From NCBI GenBank assembly GCA_043806915.1, contig JAZDGM010000024.1, positions 31,240 through 95,239 on the forward strand: DNA of 64,000 nucleotides, read 5' to 3'. This document shows positions 1-9,517 of the stretch, one piece after another. The first letter of the stretch is position 1. Every line of letters starts with the position of its first letter. The position numbers and the translations under genes are program-made. The notes beneath the pieces were generated by a model. That model was not told the DNA's origin and searched no databases. It was given only the letters and a program-made list of their open reading frames with translations. The DNA comes from Pseudomonadota bacterium. GTDB lineage: Bacteria; Desulfobacterota; Desulfarculia; Adiutricales; JAGVGV01.

Positions 1-1
1 C

Positions 2-1240
2 CAGTATATCGACGCCTACGGCCCTCAATTCTACGCCTTTCTGAGTTACCTGGACATGTTCGACATGTACGGGTCCTGGTGGTTCACCCTGCTGCTGGGC
101 CTGCTGATGGTCAACCTGATCTTCTGTTCGGCCAAGCGCTTTCCCATGGCCCTCCGGCTGGCCCGGCCCGCCGACCCGGCCAGGATTTCCCTGGACTTCC
201 TGGCCAAGCAGCCGTTCAATACAACCATCCTGATAGCGGGAGACGCCCGCTCCAACCTCCAGGAAGCCAAATCCCTGTTCGAGAAACATTTCCAGCGGCC
301 GGTGGAGACGACCAAGCCCTGGGGGGCCCTTCTTTCCGGAGACAAGGGCGGATTTTCCCGGTTCGGGGTTTACCTGGTCCATTCCAGCCTGTTATTCATC
401 ATGGCCGGCGGGGTGGTGGGCTCCTGGGCCGGTTTTTCCGCTTTCGTGAACATCAACGAAGGCCAAGCGGTCCACCAGGTCATGGGGCGCAAGCCGGCCG
501 GGATGATCGACCTGGGCTTTTCCATCCGGCTGGACAAATTCGTGGTCAATTACTACGACACCGGCGCTCCCAGCGAATACCGGTCCGAGGTCAGCATTAT
601 CGAAAACGGAACGGTGGTGCAAGAAGCCCGGATCAGGGTGAACCACCCCCTGACCTACCAGGGCGTGACCTTCTACCAGTCGTCTTTCGGCCAGTCCCTG
701 TCCGGCCCCCTGACCCTGCTGGTCACCAGGCGCTCCGACCAAAAAACCTTCGAAATACAAGCCGGACAGGGCCGCCTGACCCCCCTGCCGGGGGAAGCCG
801 CGTCCATCGGCGTGCTCGATTTTTCCGAGGATTTGATGAACGCCGGACCCGCCGCCCGCATCCTGATCCGGCCGGACCAGGGGGAAGGCGTCACGGATTG
901 GGCCTTTAAAAACAGGCCGCAATTCCAAAAATCGTCGCCCAGCCCCTACGATGTTTTGCTCAAGGATTATAAACTGACCTATTCCACGGGACTTCAGACC
1001 AATTCCGACCCCGGCGTGGCTTTAATCTGGCTCGGCTGCGGCCTGATGTTGGCGGGCTTTATCGCCGCGTTTTATTTTTCCCATCAAAAGCTGTACCTGG
1101 CCTTGGCCGAGGAGCGTGATTTCACCAAGCTCATCCTGGCCGGCTCGGCTCATCGCAACCAAGGCGCCTTTAAACTCAAATTCGACAACCTCGCGGCCGG
1201 GGCGGACGTCTTCCGCCGAGTGGAGAGACGTAAAAAATGA
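2..1240 (+). CDS. resB: Cytochrome c biogenesis protein ResB/Ccs1 (system II), 5' end cut by window edge
   Basis: The reading frame stays open to base 2 (QYIDAYGPQFYAFLSYLDMFDMYGSWWF...). It has a hydrophobic N-terminal helix and a C-terminal TM segment. Its stop overlaps the downstream ccsA start as ATGA, the usual ResB-CcsA pairing. Confidence 0.85.
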   Translation, partial: QYIDAYGPQFYAFLSYLDMFDMYGSWWFTLLLGLLMVNLIFCSAKRFPMALRLARPADPARISLDFLAKQPFNTTILIAGDARSNLQEAKSLFEKHFQRPVETTKPWGALLSGDKGGFSRFGVYLVHSSLLFIMAGGVVGSWAGFSAFVNINEGQAVHQVMGRKPAGMIDLGFSIRLDKFVVNYYDTGAPSEYRSEVSIIENGTVVQEARIRVNHPLTYQGVTFYQSSFGQSLSGPLTLLVTRRSDQKTFEIQAGQGRLTPLPGEAASIGVLDFSEDLMNAGPAARILIRPDQGEGVTDWAFKNRPQFQKSSPSPYDVLLKDYKLTYSTGLQTNSDPGVALIWLGCGLMLAGFIAAFYFSHQKLYLALAEERDFTKLILAGSAHRNQGAFKLKFDNLAAGADVFRRVERRKK

Positions 1241-2082
1241 GCACGGGTTTCAACAGTTCCCTTCTGCTGAGTCTGATTACTTTTGGGTACTTCGGCGCGT
1301 CCCTGGCTTATCTGAGCCTGGTTGTCTTCAAAAAGGACTTTTTCGCCGCGGTGGGACGGTACGTCACCCTGGCTTCGGTCGCGGCCCATTCCGGCGCCAT
1401 AATCTGGCGCTGGGTCGAATCGTACCAACTGGGGTATGGACACGCGCCTTTCAGCAATCTCTACGAATCGCTCATTTTTTTCGCCTGGACCATCGCCGTG
1501 GTCTACCTTTTGGTGGAATGGAAGCATAAAAACCGGCTGATCGGCGCCTTCGTCATGCCCATGGCCTTCCTCTCCATGGCCTACGCCGGACTGCAACCCA
1601 AGGAAATCCAGCCCCTTTTGCCGGCCCTCAAGTCCAACTGGCTGATCGCCCACGTCATCACCTGCTTCTTGGGGTACGCCGGCTTCGCCCTGGCCGCGGG
1701 CCTGGGGATAATGTTCCTGCTGGCCCCGGACCCCAGAATTCGCCGACCCGCCGGCTTCCTGGCCATGCTGCCGCCGCTGTCGGTCCTGGACAACCTGATC
1801 TACCAGAACATCGTTTTCGGGTTTATCCTGTTGACCGTGGGAATCATCACCGGGTCCATCTGGGCCCACTCGGCCTGGGGTTCATACTGGTCCTGGGACC
1901 CCAAGGAAACCTGGTCCCTGATCACCTGGCTGGCGTACGCGGCCATCCTGCACGCCCGGTTGGTCCGGGGCTGGGCCGGCCGCCGGACCGCCATCATGGC
2001 CTTGATCGGCTTCGCTTGCGTCCTTTTCACCTATTTCGGAGTCAACCTGCTGCTGGCCGGTCTTCATTCCTACGCCAGGTAG
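1237..2082 (+). CDS. ccsA: Cytochrome c-type biogenesis protein CcsA/ResC (heme handling)
   Basis: Polytopic membrane protein carrying the Trp-rich WWD-type motif WGSYWSWDPKETWSLITW. Translationally coupled to resB. Confidence 0.9.
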   Translation: MSTGFNSSLLLSLITFGYFGASLAYLSLVVFKKDFFAAVGRYVTLASVAAHSGAIIWRWVESYQLGYGHAPFSNLYESLIFFAWTIAVVYLLVEWKHKNRLIGAFVMPMAFLSMAYAGLQPKEIQPLLPALKSNWLIAHVITCFLGYAGFALAAGLGIMFLLAPDPRIRRPAGFLAMLPPLSVLDNLIYQNIVFGFILLTVGIITGSIWAHSAWGSYWSWDPKETWSLITWLAYAAILHARLVRGWAGRRTAIMALIGFACVLFTYFGVNLLLAGLHSYAR

Positions 2083-2124
2083 GTTCACGGCCAGGCGGGT
2101 TCACGGGAAGAACACTGGTTCGCC

Positions 2125-2727
2125 ATGTTTAGAAGTTTTCCAGAAAAAATGAAGCCGGCCCGCCGACAAGCGGGTCTCGCCCTATTGCTGCTCGCGCCGA
2201 TTTTACTAGTATCGGGCGTCGCGGCCGGGGCTTCGGACATCGAGGTCGCCGTGACCGGCGACGCCCTGCAACGCATGCTGAACGCGGCCCTGCCCTATAA
2301 GGTCCAATACGCCGGGACCAAGGATGACGCCGCCGCGGAAATCGTCATTTCCAACCCCAAGGTGATCCTGATACCCGGCCGCCCGGGCTCGGTCCTGGTC
2401 AACCTGGACTATACGGGCCAAAGCAAGCTCCTGGGCATCGAACCCTTTTCCGGTCAGACCCGGCCCCGGGTGGCCTTCGAATTCGACCCCCGGCGGGCGG
2501 CCCTGCGCATCTCCCTGCAAGACCTGGTCATCGTGGCCGGAAACAAGATCAAATTCAAGGCCGACCAACTCGTCGCCCCGGTCCTGCTGCCCCTGACCCC
2601 GCCCGAGCCCCTGGCCCTGGAAGGTCACTTGATGAAGACCACGGCCTCCAAGGTCTCCACCGAGGTCCAACGCAATCGCCTCCTCATCAAGTTCGATTAC
2701 CGTTTCATCAAGGTCCCCCTGCCCTGA
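2125..2727 (+). CDS. Hypothetical secreted protein
   Basis: 200 aa ORF with a signal-peptide-like N-terminus (KPARRQAGLALLLLAPILLVSGVAAGA). I recognise no family motif. Confidence 0.5.
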   Translation: MFRSFPEKMKPARRQAGLALLLLAPILLVSGVAAGASDIEVAVTGDALQRMLNAALPYKVQYAGTKDDAAAEIVISNPKVILIPGRPGSVLVNLDYTGQSKLLGIEPFSGQTRPRVAFEFDPRRAALRISLQDLVIVAGNKIKFKADQLVAPVLLPLTPPEPLALEGHLMKTTASKVSTEVQRNRLLIKFDYRFIKVPLP

Positions 2728-2735
2728 CCGCGGTC

Positions 2736-2786
2736 CGGGGCCGCCCGGGGCCGCCCGGGGCCGGAGGGGGGCGGAGGGGGGCGGGG
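2736..2786 (+). repeat. G-run tract with short tandem repeats (potential G-quadruplex)
   Basis: cggggccgcccggggccgcccggggccggaggggggcggaggggggcgggg: six runs of 4-6 G within 51 nt. It lies between two co-directional ORFs. Confidence 0.7.
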
Positions 2787-2830
2787 ATATCCGCCGGGAG
2801 GCATGACCATCCGTGGGGACGTCGCATAAC

Positions 2831-4204
2831 ATGACTGCAAAAACCATATTGCTTCCAGGGATTATTGTCCTGACCGCCCTGTGGCTGCTCCTGCCCAGCG
2901 GGGCCCTCGCCCGGGACGACGATCCCTGGGACAACGTCGCCTACGACTGGGGCGGACGCCTCAAGGCCCAGGGCTCCATTTCCTGGCCGGACAAGCACGG
3001 CTATATGCAGCCTGTCGGGACCAAGCCCTTCCTGGACGGCGGCGGAGAGTTGCGTCTCACCAACGACATCCGCGCGGCCGGCCTGCTGGCCTTTGAAATC
3101 CATTACGAAACCGCGGCCTTGGTCGGCGAGGCCCGGCAAAAAATCAAGGAATTGAAACGGCGGCCGCCTTTCCTTTTCCAATCATGGCCCCTGGGGGACA
3201 AACCCGTTGACGACGACCGCCGCCTGATGGACCTGACCTGGACCATCGCCAAAACGGACAGCTATATCTGGCGTCACCGCTTGGATCGACTCAATATGAC
3301 CATCCCGGCGGAAAACGGCTTTATCCGGCTGGGCCGGCAGACGGTCGCCTGGGGGAACGGCCTGGTGTTCAACCCCCTGGACCTTTTCAGCCCCTTCGCG
3401 CCCACGACCATCGACCGGGATTACAAGGTTGGGGACGACATGGCCCTTACCCAGGTCAAGATTGCCGCTTACGGCGATTTTCAACTTCTGTACATCCCGC
3501 GCCGGAACGTGGACGACCACCAGGTCAAGTGGAAGGAATCGTCCCTGGCCGGCAAGGTTCACCTCGTCCAGGGGGCGACGACCTTCGACCTCATGGCCGG
3601 TCGACACTACAACGACGTCGTCGCCGGCCTGGGGGTCGCGACCAGGATCGGCCGGGCGGCCCTGCGCGTGGATGGGACCTGGACCTTTCTCCGGGACGCG
3701 GACTGGATCTACGCGTACACCGACACCTGGTCCTTTGTGCAAAAAAACATGAAAAGCAAGGACGGCTACCCGTCCCTGGCCGCCAACCTCGACTATTCCT
3801 GGACCTGGTTCAAGAAAAAATTCCGCGGGTTTGTCGAGTATTATTACCAGGGCCTGGGGCGCCGGGACCCCCTGGATTCCCTAGGGGACGAAAAACTCAT
3901 GAAACGGCTGGACCGGGGCGAAATCTTCGTCCTGGGCCAATCCTACGGCGCCGCGAATCTGATGATCGAACTCCATCCCCGGCTGAAATTCCATATAACC
4001 GACATCACCAACCTATTCGACTATTCCGGTTCCATCCAGCCGCGCCTGGTCTGGGACGCGACCCGGGAGTTCCAGGTCACCCTGGGCTCCAACCTGGCCT
4101 ACGGCTTCCGCGGGACGGAGTTCGGCGGTTACACCATTCCCGGGACCGACCTCCGGAGCAAGGGCGCCAACACCCTGTACCTCTGGCTGGCCTATTATTT
4201 CTAA
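2831..4204 (+). CDS. Putative outer-membrane beta-barrel protein
   Basis: Signal peptide MTAKTILLPGIIVLTALWLLLPSGALA. Alternating aromatic-rich strands, and a C-terminal ...LWLAYYF ending in Phe as in OMP sorting signals. Start chosen at the ATG at 2831 rather than the GTG at 2813. Confidence 0.6.
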   Translation: MTAKTILLPGIIVLTALWLLLPSGALARDDDPWDNVAYDWGGRLKAQGSISWPDKHGYMQPVGTKPFLDGGGELRLTNDIRAAGLLAFEIHYETAALVGEARQKIKELKRRPPFLFQSWPLGDKPVDDDRRLMDLTWTIAKTDSYIWRHRLDRLNMTIPAENGFIRLGRQTVAWGNGLVFNPLDLFSPFAPTTIDRDYKVGDDMALTQVKIAAYGDFQLLYIPRRNVDDHQVKWKESSLAGKVHLVQGATTFDLMAGRHYNDVVAGLGVATRIGRAALRVDGTWTFLRDADWIYAYTDTWSFVQKNMKSKDGYPSLAANLDYSWTWFKKKFRGFVEYYYQGLGRRDPLDSLGDEKLMKRLDRGEIFVLGQSYGAANLMIELHPRLKFHITDITNLFDYSGSIQPRLVWDATREFQVTLGSNLAYGFRGTEFGGYTIPGTDLRSKGANTLYLWLAYYF

Positions 4205-4234
4205 AACCCCGGACCGCGGCGGGATAAAAAAAGC

Positions 4235-4264
4235 TTGACAAACACCCGCCCCCCCCTTTATGTC
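4235..4264 (+). promoter_or_regulatory. Candidate sigma70 promoter (TTGACA, 18 nt spacer, TATGTC)
   Basis: TTGACA at 4235-4240 and a TAT-containing -10 at 4259-4264. Sits in an AT-rich intergenic island upstream of the leader ORF. Confidence 0.35.
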
Positions 4265-4285
4265 TGTACAGGGAGAAAAATAACG

Positions 4286-4348
4286 ATGCTTGTTTTCGCG
4301 CGCACTTATTTTTATTTTTACTTTACCGGCGGGGTCGCCATGTCCTAG
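4286..4348 (+). CDS. Candidate 20-aa leader peptide MLVFARTYFYFYFTGGVAMS (Phe/Tyr-rich)
   Basis: GGGAGA sits 9 nt upstream of the ATG. Six consecutive Tyr/Phe codons (tat ttt tat ttt tac ttt) are mostly the AT-rich synonyms. Its stop codon lies inside a hairpin, and an intrinsic terminator follows. Confidence 0.3.
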   Translation: MLVFARTYFYFYFTGGVAMS

Positions 4349-4377
4349 GTGCGCGAGGACATAGGAACTTGACCTTC

Positions 4378-4409
4378 AGCGGAGCGCACACTCCGCTTTT
4401 TTTATTTTT
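4378..4409 (+). terminator. Intrinsic terminator / attenuator hairpin
   Basis: AGCGGAG-cgcaca-CTCCGCT stem-loop followed by TTTTTTTATTTTT. It lies about 60 nt upstream of the GNAT gene start. Confidence 0.6.
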
Positions 4410-4469
4410 AGCCCAGGGAAAAACCCGGAAATAGGGGCGGTTAAGTTGAAAACCACGGAGGAAGAAGGC

Positions 4470-6041
4470 ATGGTCGCCGTTGCAGCCGAGAAAAAAGAAC
4501 GGAAGGAAGCAGGGCTGAGCCTGGGAGAACGCCTGGCCCTGATCGGTCTTATCGACGAAGGCATGAGGCAGCCCACCCGGGACGCGCCCCTGGCGGCGGA
4601 CCTTTTCGGCAACTTGTGGTCCCTGGTCTCCAAAACCGCCTCGGGCGCCAAGATCGACCGCCTGAAGCCCGAGGAATCCCGCAACGGGTTCCAGGTTTTC
4701 GAAATACACGCCGAGTCGGGGGAAACCCTCGGCCGCATGAACATGATCTACCTCAAAAAGCCCATCCCCTGCTACTACCTGGTTTATGTGGAAGTGGCCC
4801 CGCCCTTCCGCAAGCACGGCCTGGGCCGGCGCATCCTGGAAAAATTCCGGGATTTCCTGACGGAAAAATCAGCCATCGGCATCCTGGACAACATCATTCC
4901 CGAGGACGATCCGACCTTCACCATCTACCTGAAGCAGAACTGGGCGCCCATCGAGGATTTCATCGGACCCGGGTTCAGCAAGCCCGAGGACGGGTACATG
5001 GTCTTCATCCCCAACGAACTAGACAAGGACAGCCTGCGCGGGGCGGTGATCAAGCTCCTCTGCCACATCCAGCGCAAGCGGGCCGTCATCGACATGCGGG
5101 ACAACGAGGCCATGGTCCGCCAGACCATCAACGAGTTCAAGGAACTGCATGGCGCGCTCCTGGCTTATTTTCAACCCCAGCTCCAGGCCGGGGACTATAC
5201 GCCCCTGCTCCGGTTCATGTTCACCAGGTTCGTGACCAAGCTCGTCGCCTTTCGGCGGCGCATCGGAGAGTTGCTGGGATACACCGGCGGCGAATCCATG
5301 GAACAGATAACCCTGTCCCCGGAAACGGCCGCCATTCCCATCACGTCCCACGCTCCCGGGGAGCCGGCGGGCGGGCAGGTCCTGCTCGCCTGGAACGGGG
5401 ACGTCCCCTTGTCCAGGGAGTTCCACAAAAACCCGCGCCGGGCCATCGAGCGGCTGCCCAACTACAAAAGACCTTCCCTGGCGGCCTGGCTTAGGGAAAA
5501 GGGCCGGGAAAACGACGAAAACCTGACCCTGGGCGATCTGATGGACCTGGGCTTCGACCCCACCAGGCTGAAGGAAATAACTCTCGACGGACGGGACTAC
5601 ATCTTCGAGCGCATCCAGGCCCGCCAACTGCCGGACCTGGAAAGGACCCGCGAACTGCTCAACCAACTGCAAGGCCTGCTGGCGGGCGCCAAGGCCAGGG
5701 GGGCGAACATCCAGGTCAATCCGCCCCTCCTGGCCGTCGTGAATCGCGCCGCCGCCTACGTTTTGCGGCCCAAGGTGGGCGGCATCCACTGGGAGGAAGC
5801 GGCCGAGCAGGTCCACATCGACCCGGTGCTCAAAGTCATGAACCCGACCATGAGGCTCGACCGGCTGACCACGGCCACGGTCCGAACGGCCCTGGAGATC
5901 GCCGCGGACAAGCTGCAACAGAACCCGCGGGACTTACGGGAGCTATTCGCCTGTTTCGTTTCCTGGGACATAACGACCAACCGGCCCCGGGTGGCGGCCG
6001 ACCCGTCCGGAGCTTTCTTCGAAACGGTCTGGCTGGCCTGA
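4470..6041 (+). CDS. GNAT-domain (N-acetyltransferase-like) protein with long uncharacterised C-terminal region
   Basis: Acetyl-CoA-binding motif-A-like segment VEVAPPFRKHGLGRRILEKF. GGAGG lies 8 nt upstream of the ATG at 4470; a TTG at 4446 is an alternative start. Confidence 0.65.
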   Translation: MVAVAAEKKERKEAGLSLGERLALIGLIDEGMRQPTRDAPLAADLFGNLWSLVSKTASGAKIDRLKPEESRNGFQVFEIHAESGETLGRMNMIYLKKPIPCYYLVYVEVAPPFRKHGLGRRILEKFRDFLTEKSAIGILDNIIPEDDPTFTIYLKQNWAPIEDFIGPGFSKPEDGYMVFIPNELDKDSLRGAVIKLLCHIQRKRAVIDMRDNEAMVRQTINEFKELHGALLAYFQPQLQAGDYTPLLRFMFTRFVTKLVAFRRRIGELLGYTGGESMEQITLSPETAAIPITSHAPGEPAGGQVLLAWNGDVPLSREFHKNPRRAIERLPNYKRPSLAAWLREKGRENDENLTLGDLMDLGFDPTRLKEITLDGRDYIFERIQARQLPDLERTRELLNQLQGLLAGAKARGANIQVNPPLLAVVNRAAAYVLRPKVGGIHWEEAAEQVHIDPVLKVMNPTMRLDRLTTATVRTALEIAADKLQQNPRDLRELFACFVSWDITTNRPRVAADPSGAFFETVWLA

Positions 6042-6227
6042 TTTTTACTTCCCCCGGCGCCGCGGGGCCGGGGTCCGCGACTCTTGTTTTTCCTCTTAGG
6101 CGCCCGGCGTCTCGAGAAGCCATCCTGGGCCTCGTCCCTCCGCGCGGGTGGTTGGGGCCGAAAGCGGGGAGGCGCCTCCGGAATTTACCGGGACCACCAG
6201 AAAATATAGTTATTCCCGCTTTCATGC

Positions 6228-6256
6228 TTGATTTATATTTATTTTTATGATATACT
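6228..6256 (+). promoter_or_regulatory. Candidate sigma70 promoter (TTGATT, 17 nt spacer, TGaTATACT extended -10)
   Basis: Read directly in the AT-rich island upstream of the cheB/cheR fusion gene. Confidence 0.45.
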
Positions 6257-6439
6257 ATTCTTTAGTAGTAATTTTTTGTCCTGAAATAATTCTTCCCCCC
6301 CCCCCAACAAGGTTAAGCGACTCATCATGACCCCCCTGTCAGTACTTCGAATTATTGCCCTGGAAAAACCCGCCGGCCCCGAGGGCGGCGTCATCCCGGC
6401 CGCGGGCCGGCGTTCGCCGTGGTGAGGGGCCGACGTTGC

Positions 6440-9400
6440 ATGGAACCTAAAAAAAGCAAAATCAAAATAATTGAAAAGACCCCCGCCGCGCCGCCGGTCG
6501 AACTTCCTGTTGCGGCGACAATACCCGATAAGGGTTTCCCCATTGTCGGCCTCGGGGCTTCGGCCGGAGGGTTGGCGGCCTTCGAGGCCTTTTTTTCCGG
6601 CATGCCCGCCGACTCCGAGCCGGGCATGGCTTTTGTCCTGGTGCAGCATTTAGCCCCGGACCATAAAAGCATCCTGACCGATCTCATCCAGCGCTACACG
6701 CGAATGCGGGTTTTCGAAGTCGAGGACGGGATGGTGGTGCGGCCTAATTGCGCCTATATCATTCCGCCCAACCGCGACATGGCCTTTCTGAACGGCGCGC
6801 TCCAATTGCTCGAGCCGTCCGCCCCCCGGGGCCAGCGCCTGCCGATCGACTTCTTCTTCCGCTCCCTGGCGCAGGACCAGCACGAGCGGGCCATCGCCGT
6901 CGTGCTTTCGGGCACCGGCAGCGACGGCTCCCAAGGCGTGCGGGCCATCAAGGGCGAGGGCGGCATGGTCATGGTCCAGAACCCGGCCTCCACCGAGTAC
7001 GACGGCATGCCGCGCAGCGCCATCGCCACCGGTTTGGTGGACTACGAGCTGCCGCCGGCCGAGATGCCCGCCCAGCTCATCGCCTATGCGACCCATGCCT
7101 TCGGCAAGACCCGTCCCCTGCCCGCCGTCGCCGCGGCGCCCAAGTCCGAGAACGAGCTAAGGAAGATATTCATCCTGCTGCGCGCCCAGACCGGCCACGA
7201 TTTTTCCCATTACAAGCCGAGCACCATTCTCCGCCGCATCGAACGGCGCATGGCGGTCCAGGAAATAGAAACACTGGAAGGATACGTCAAATACTCCCAG
7301 CAGACCCCCGTGGAAGTGGAGGCCCTCTTTCGCGACCTGTTGATCGGCGTGACCAATTTTTTCCGTGATCCGGAAGCGTTCCAGGCGCTCGGGGAACAGG
7401 TCATCCCGAGGCTCTTTGTCGACAAGCGCGCGGACGCCGTGATCCGCGTCTGGTCGCCGGGATGCTCCACCGGCGAGGAGGCCTATTCCCTCGCCATCCT
7501 CATCACCGAAGGCCAGGATAAAATTAAACGGAATTTCAAAGTGCAGGTCTTCGCCACCGACATCGACAGCCGGGCCATCGCCGCGGCCCGCGCCGGCCTT
7601 TATCCGGCCAGCATCGTCGACGATGTCTCGCCGGAACGGCTGGCGCGCTTTTTCCGGGCCGAGCCCGGCGGCGACGCCTATCGCGTCACCAAGGGCATCC
7701 GGGACATGATCGTTTTTTCCGAGCATGACGTCATCAAGGACCCGCCCTTTTCCAAGCTCGACCTCATCAGTTGCCGCAACGTCCTCATCTACATGGGCGG
7801 GGAGTTGCAGAAGAGGCTCATCCCCCTTTTTCACTACGCCCTGAACCCCGGCGCCTTTCTTTTCCTGGGCTCCTCGGAAACCGTGGGGGAATATGGCGAG
7901 CTGTTTACCGCCCTGGACCGCAAATTGAAGCTGTATCAGGGCAAGGAAAGCCTTCACCACCCGCGGCAGGCCGGCTTGTCCCGGCTTCCGCTCCTGAAGG
8001 ATAATTACGCGACGCGCCCGCCAAGTCACGACAAGGAAGTCTCTCCCCGGAAACGTCCGCTGCGCGAGCTGACCGAACAGGCGCTACTGGAACAGGTTGT
8101 TCAGGCGGGCGCCCTCGTCGACGGTCACGGCGACATCCTCTACCTCCACGGACGTTCCGGCATGTATCTGGAACCGACCCCGGGAGAGGCCGGAATCAAC
8201 AACATTCTGAAAATGGCCCGCGAGGGATTGCGGCCCGACCTGGCCATGGCCCTCCACCAGGCGGCCGGGACCAAGGAAATCGTTCGCTGCCCGGGACTGC
8301 GGGTCAAGACCAACGGCGACTTCGCCGCGGTCGATCTGACCGTCCGGCCGGTCACGGCGGACCAGGACGCGAACCCCGGGACGCCTTTATATCTGGTCGT
8401 CCTGGAAGAAGCGCGACCGTTGGACCATGAGCACGCCGGCTTGCCCGCCGACCTGCTCGCCGGCGCGGAGACGAACCACGCCGACGCCGACACGGAAAAA
8501 CGCATTCTGGCGCTAGGGAAGGAGCTGCGGGCCAAGGAAGAATACCTCCAGGTCGCCATAGAGGAATTGGAGACGTCCAACGAGGAGCTTAAATCCTCGA
8601 ACGAGGAAATGCAGTCGGTCAACGAGGAACTGCAATCCACCAACGAGGAGTTGGAGACCTCCAAGGAGGAATTGCAATCGGTGAACGAGGAGCTGGCCAC
8701 GGTCAACGCCGAACTGCAAACCAAGATCACGGATTTGTCCCAGGCGAACAACGACATGAACAACCTGCTGTCCGGCACCGGCATCGCCACTGTCTTCGTG
8801 GATCACCAACTGCGCATACTGCGCTTCACCCCAACCGCCACGCGGATCATCAACCTGATCCTGAGCGACGTGGGGCGGCCCGTGGGCCATATCGTCACCA
8901 AGCTGATCGGCTACGACAACTTGGTGGGAGACATGCAAGCGGTGCTCGACAATCTGATTCCCCTGGAGCGGGAAGTGCAAACCCAGGCCGGCGCTTGGTT
9001 CATGATGCGCATTCAGCCCTACCGCACCCTCAACAACGTGATCGAGGGCGGGGTGATCTCCTTTGTGGACATCACTGAAATCAAAAAGTTGGAAGCGACC
9101 CTGCGCTTGAACCAAGAGCGCGTCCGGGTCGCCCTCGACGCCTTCTCCATCACCATCTTCAATCAGGACCGAGACCTGCGTTACACCTGGATACATAACC
9201 CCCATCCCCTGTTCTCCCCGGCGCAAGTTATCGGCAAAACGGACGCCGACATATTAGGTGAAAAGGACGCCGCCAACCTGACGGCCATTAAGCAACGGGT
9301 GCTGGCCGCCGGACAAGGGACGAGGCTTGAGGTGCAAACCAGCCTTGACGGGAAGCCCATTTTTTCCGACTTGGTCGTGGAACCGCTGCGCGGCCCCGAA

Positions 9401-9517
9401 GGCGACATCATCGGGATTACCTGCGCCTCGCGGGACCTCGCCGGTCGCGAGATGCAAAGCCAAGCGGAAACCGAGGCGGAAGCGGCGAAAACCGGGAAAT
9501 GTGAAGTTATTAGATGA
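6440..9517 (+). CDS. CheB methylesterase / CheR methyltransferase fusion with coiled-coil and PAS domains
   Basis: CheB-like region (GLGASAGGLAAFEAFF ... GMPRSAI). CheR-like region (FFRDPEAF, VWSPGCSTGEEAYSLAI, CRNVLIYM). Coiled-coil repeat ELETSNEELKSSNEEMQSVNEELQSTNEELETSKEELQSVNEEL, then PAS-like segments. Start taken at the ATG at 6440. Confidence 0.9.
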   Translation: MEPKKSKIKIIEKTPAAPPVELPVAATIPDKGFPIVGLGASAGGLAAFEAFFSGMPADSEPGMAFVLVQHLAPDHKSILTDLIQRYTRMRVFEVEDGMVVRPNCAYIIPPNRDMAFLNGALQLLEPSAPRGQRLPIDFFFRSLAQDQHERAIAVVLSGTGSDGSQGVRAIKGEGGMVMVQNPASTEYDGMPRSAIATGLVDYELPPAEMPAQLIAYATHAFGKTRPLPAVAAAPKSENELRKIFILLRAQTGHDFSHYKPSTILRRIERRMAVQEIETLEGYVKYSQQTPVEVEALFRDLLIGVTNFFRDPEAFQALGEQVIPRLFVDKRADAVIRVWSPGCSTGEEAYSLAILITEGQDKIKRNFKVQVFATDIDSRAIAAARAGLYPASIVDDVSPERLARFFRAEPGGDAYRVTKGIRDMIVFSEHDVIKDPPFSKLDLISCRNVLIYMGGELQKRLIPLFHYALNPGAFLFLGSSETVGEYGELFTALDRKLKLYQGKESLHHPRQAGLSRLPLLKDNYATRPPSHDKEVSPRKRPLRELTEQALLEQVVQAGALVDGHGDILYLHGRSGMYLEPTPGEAGINNILKMAREGLRPDLAMALHQAAGTKEIVRCPGLRVKTNGDFAAVDLTVRPVTADQDANPGTPLYLVVLEEARPLDHEHAGLPADLLAGAETNHADADTEKRILALGKELRAKEEYLQVAIEELETSNEELKSSNEEMQSVNEELQSTNEELETSKEELQSVNEELATVNAELQTKITDLSQANNDMNNLLSGTGIATVFVDHQLRILRFTPTATRIINLILSDVGRPVGHIVTKLIGYDNLVGDMQAVLDNLIPLEREVQTQAGAWFMMRIQPYRTLNNVIEGGVISFVDITEIKKLEATLRLNQERVRVALDAFSITIFNQDRDLRYTWIHNPHPLFSPAQVIGKTDADILGEKDAANLTAIKQRVLAAGQGTRLEVQTSLDGKPIFSDLVVEPLRGPEGDIIGITCASRDLAGREMQSQAETEAEAAKTGKCEVIR

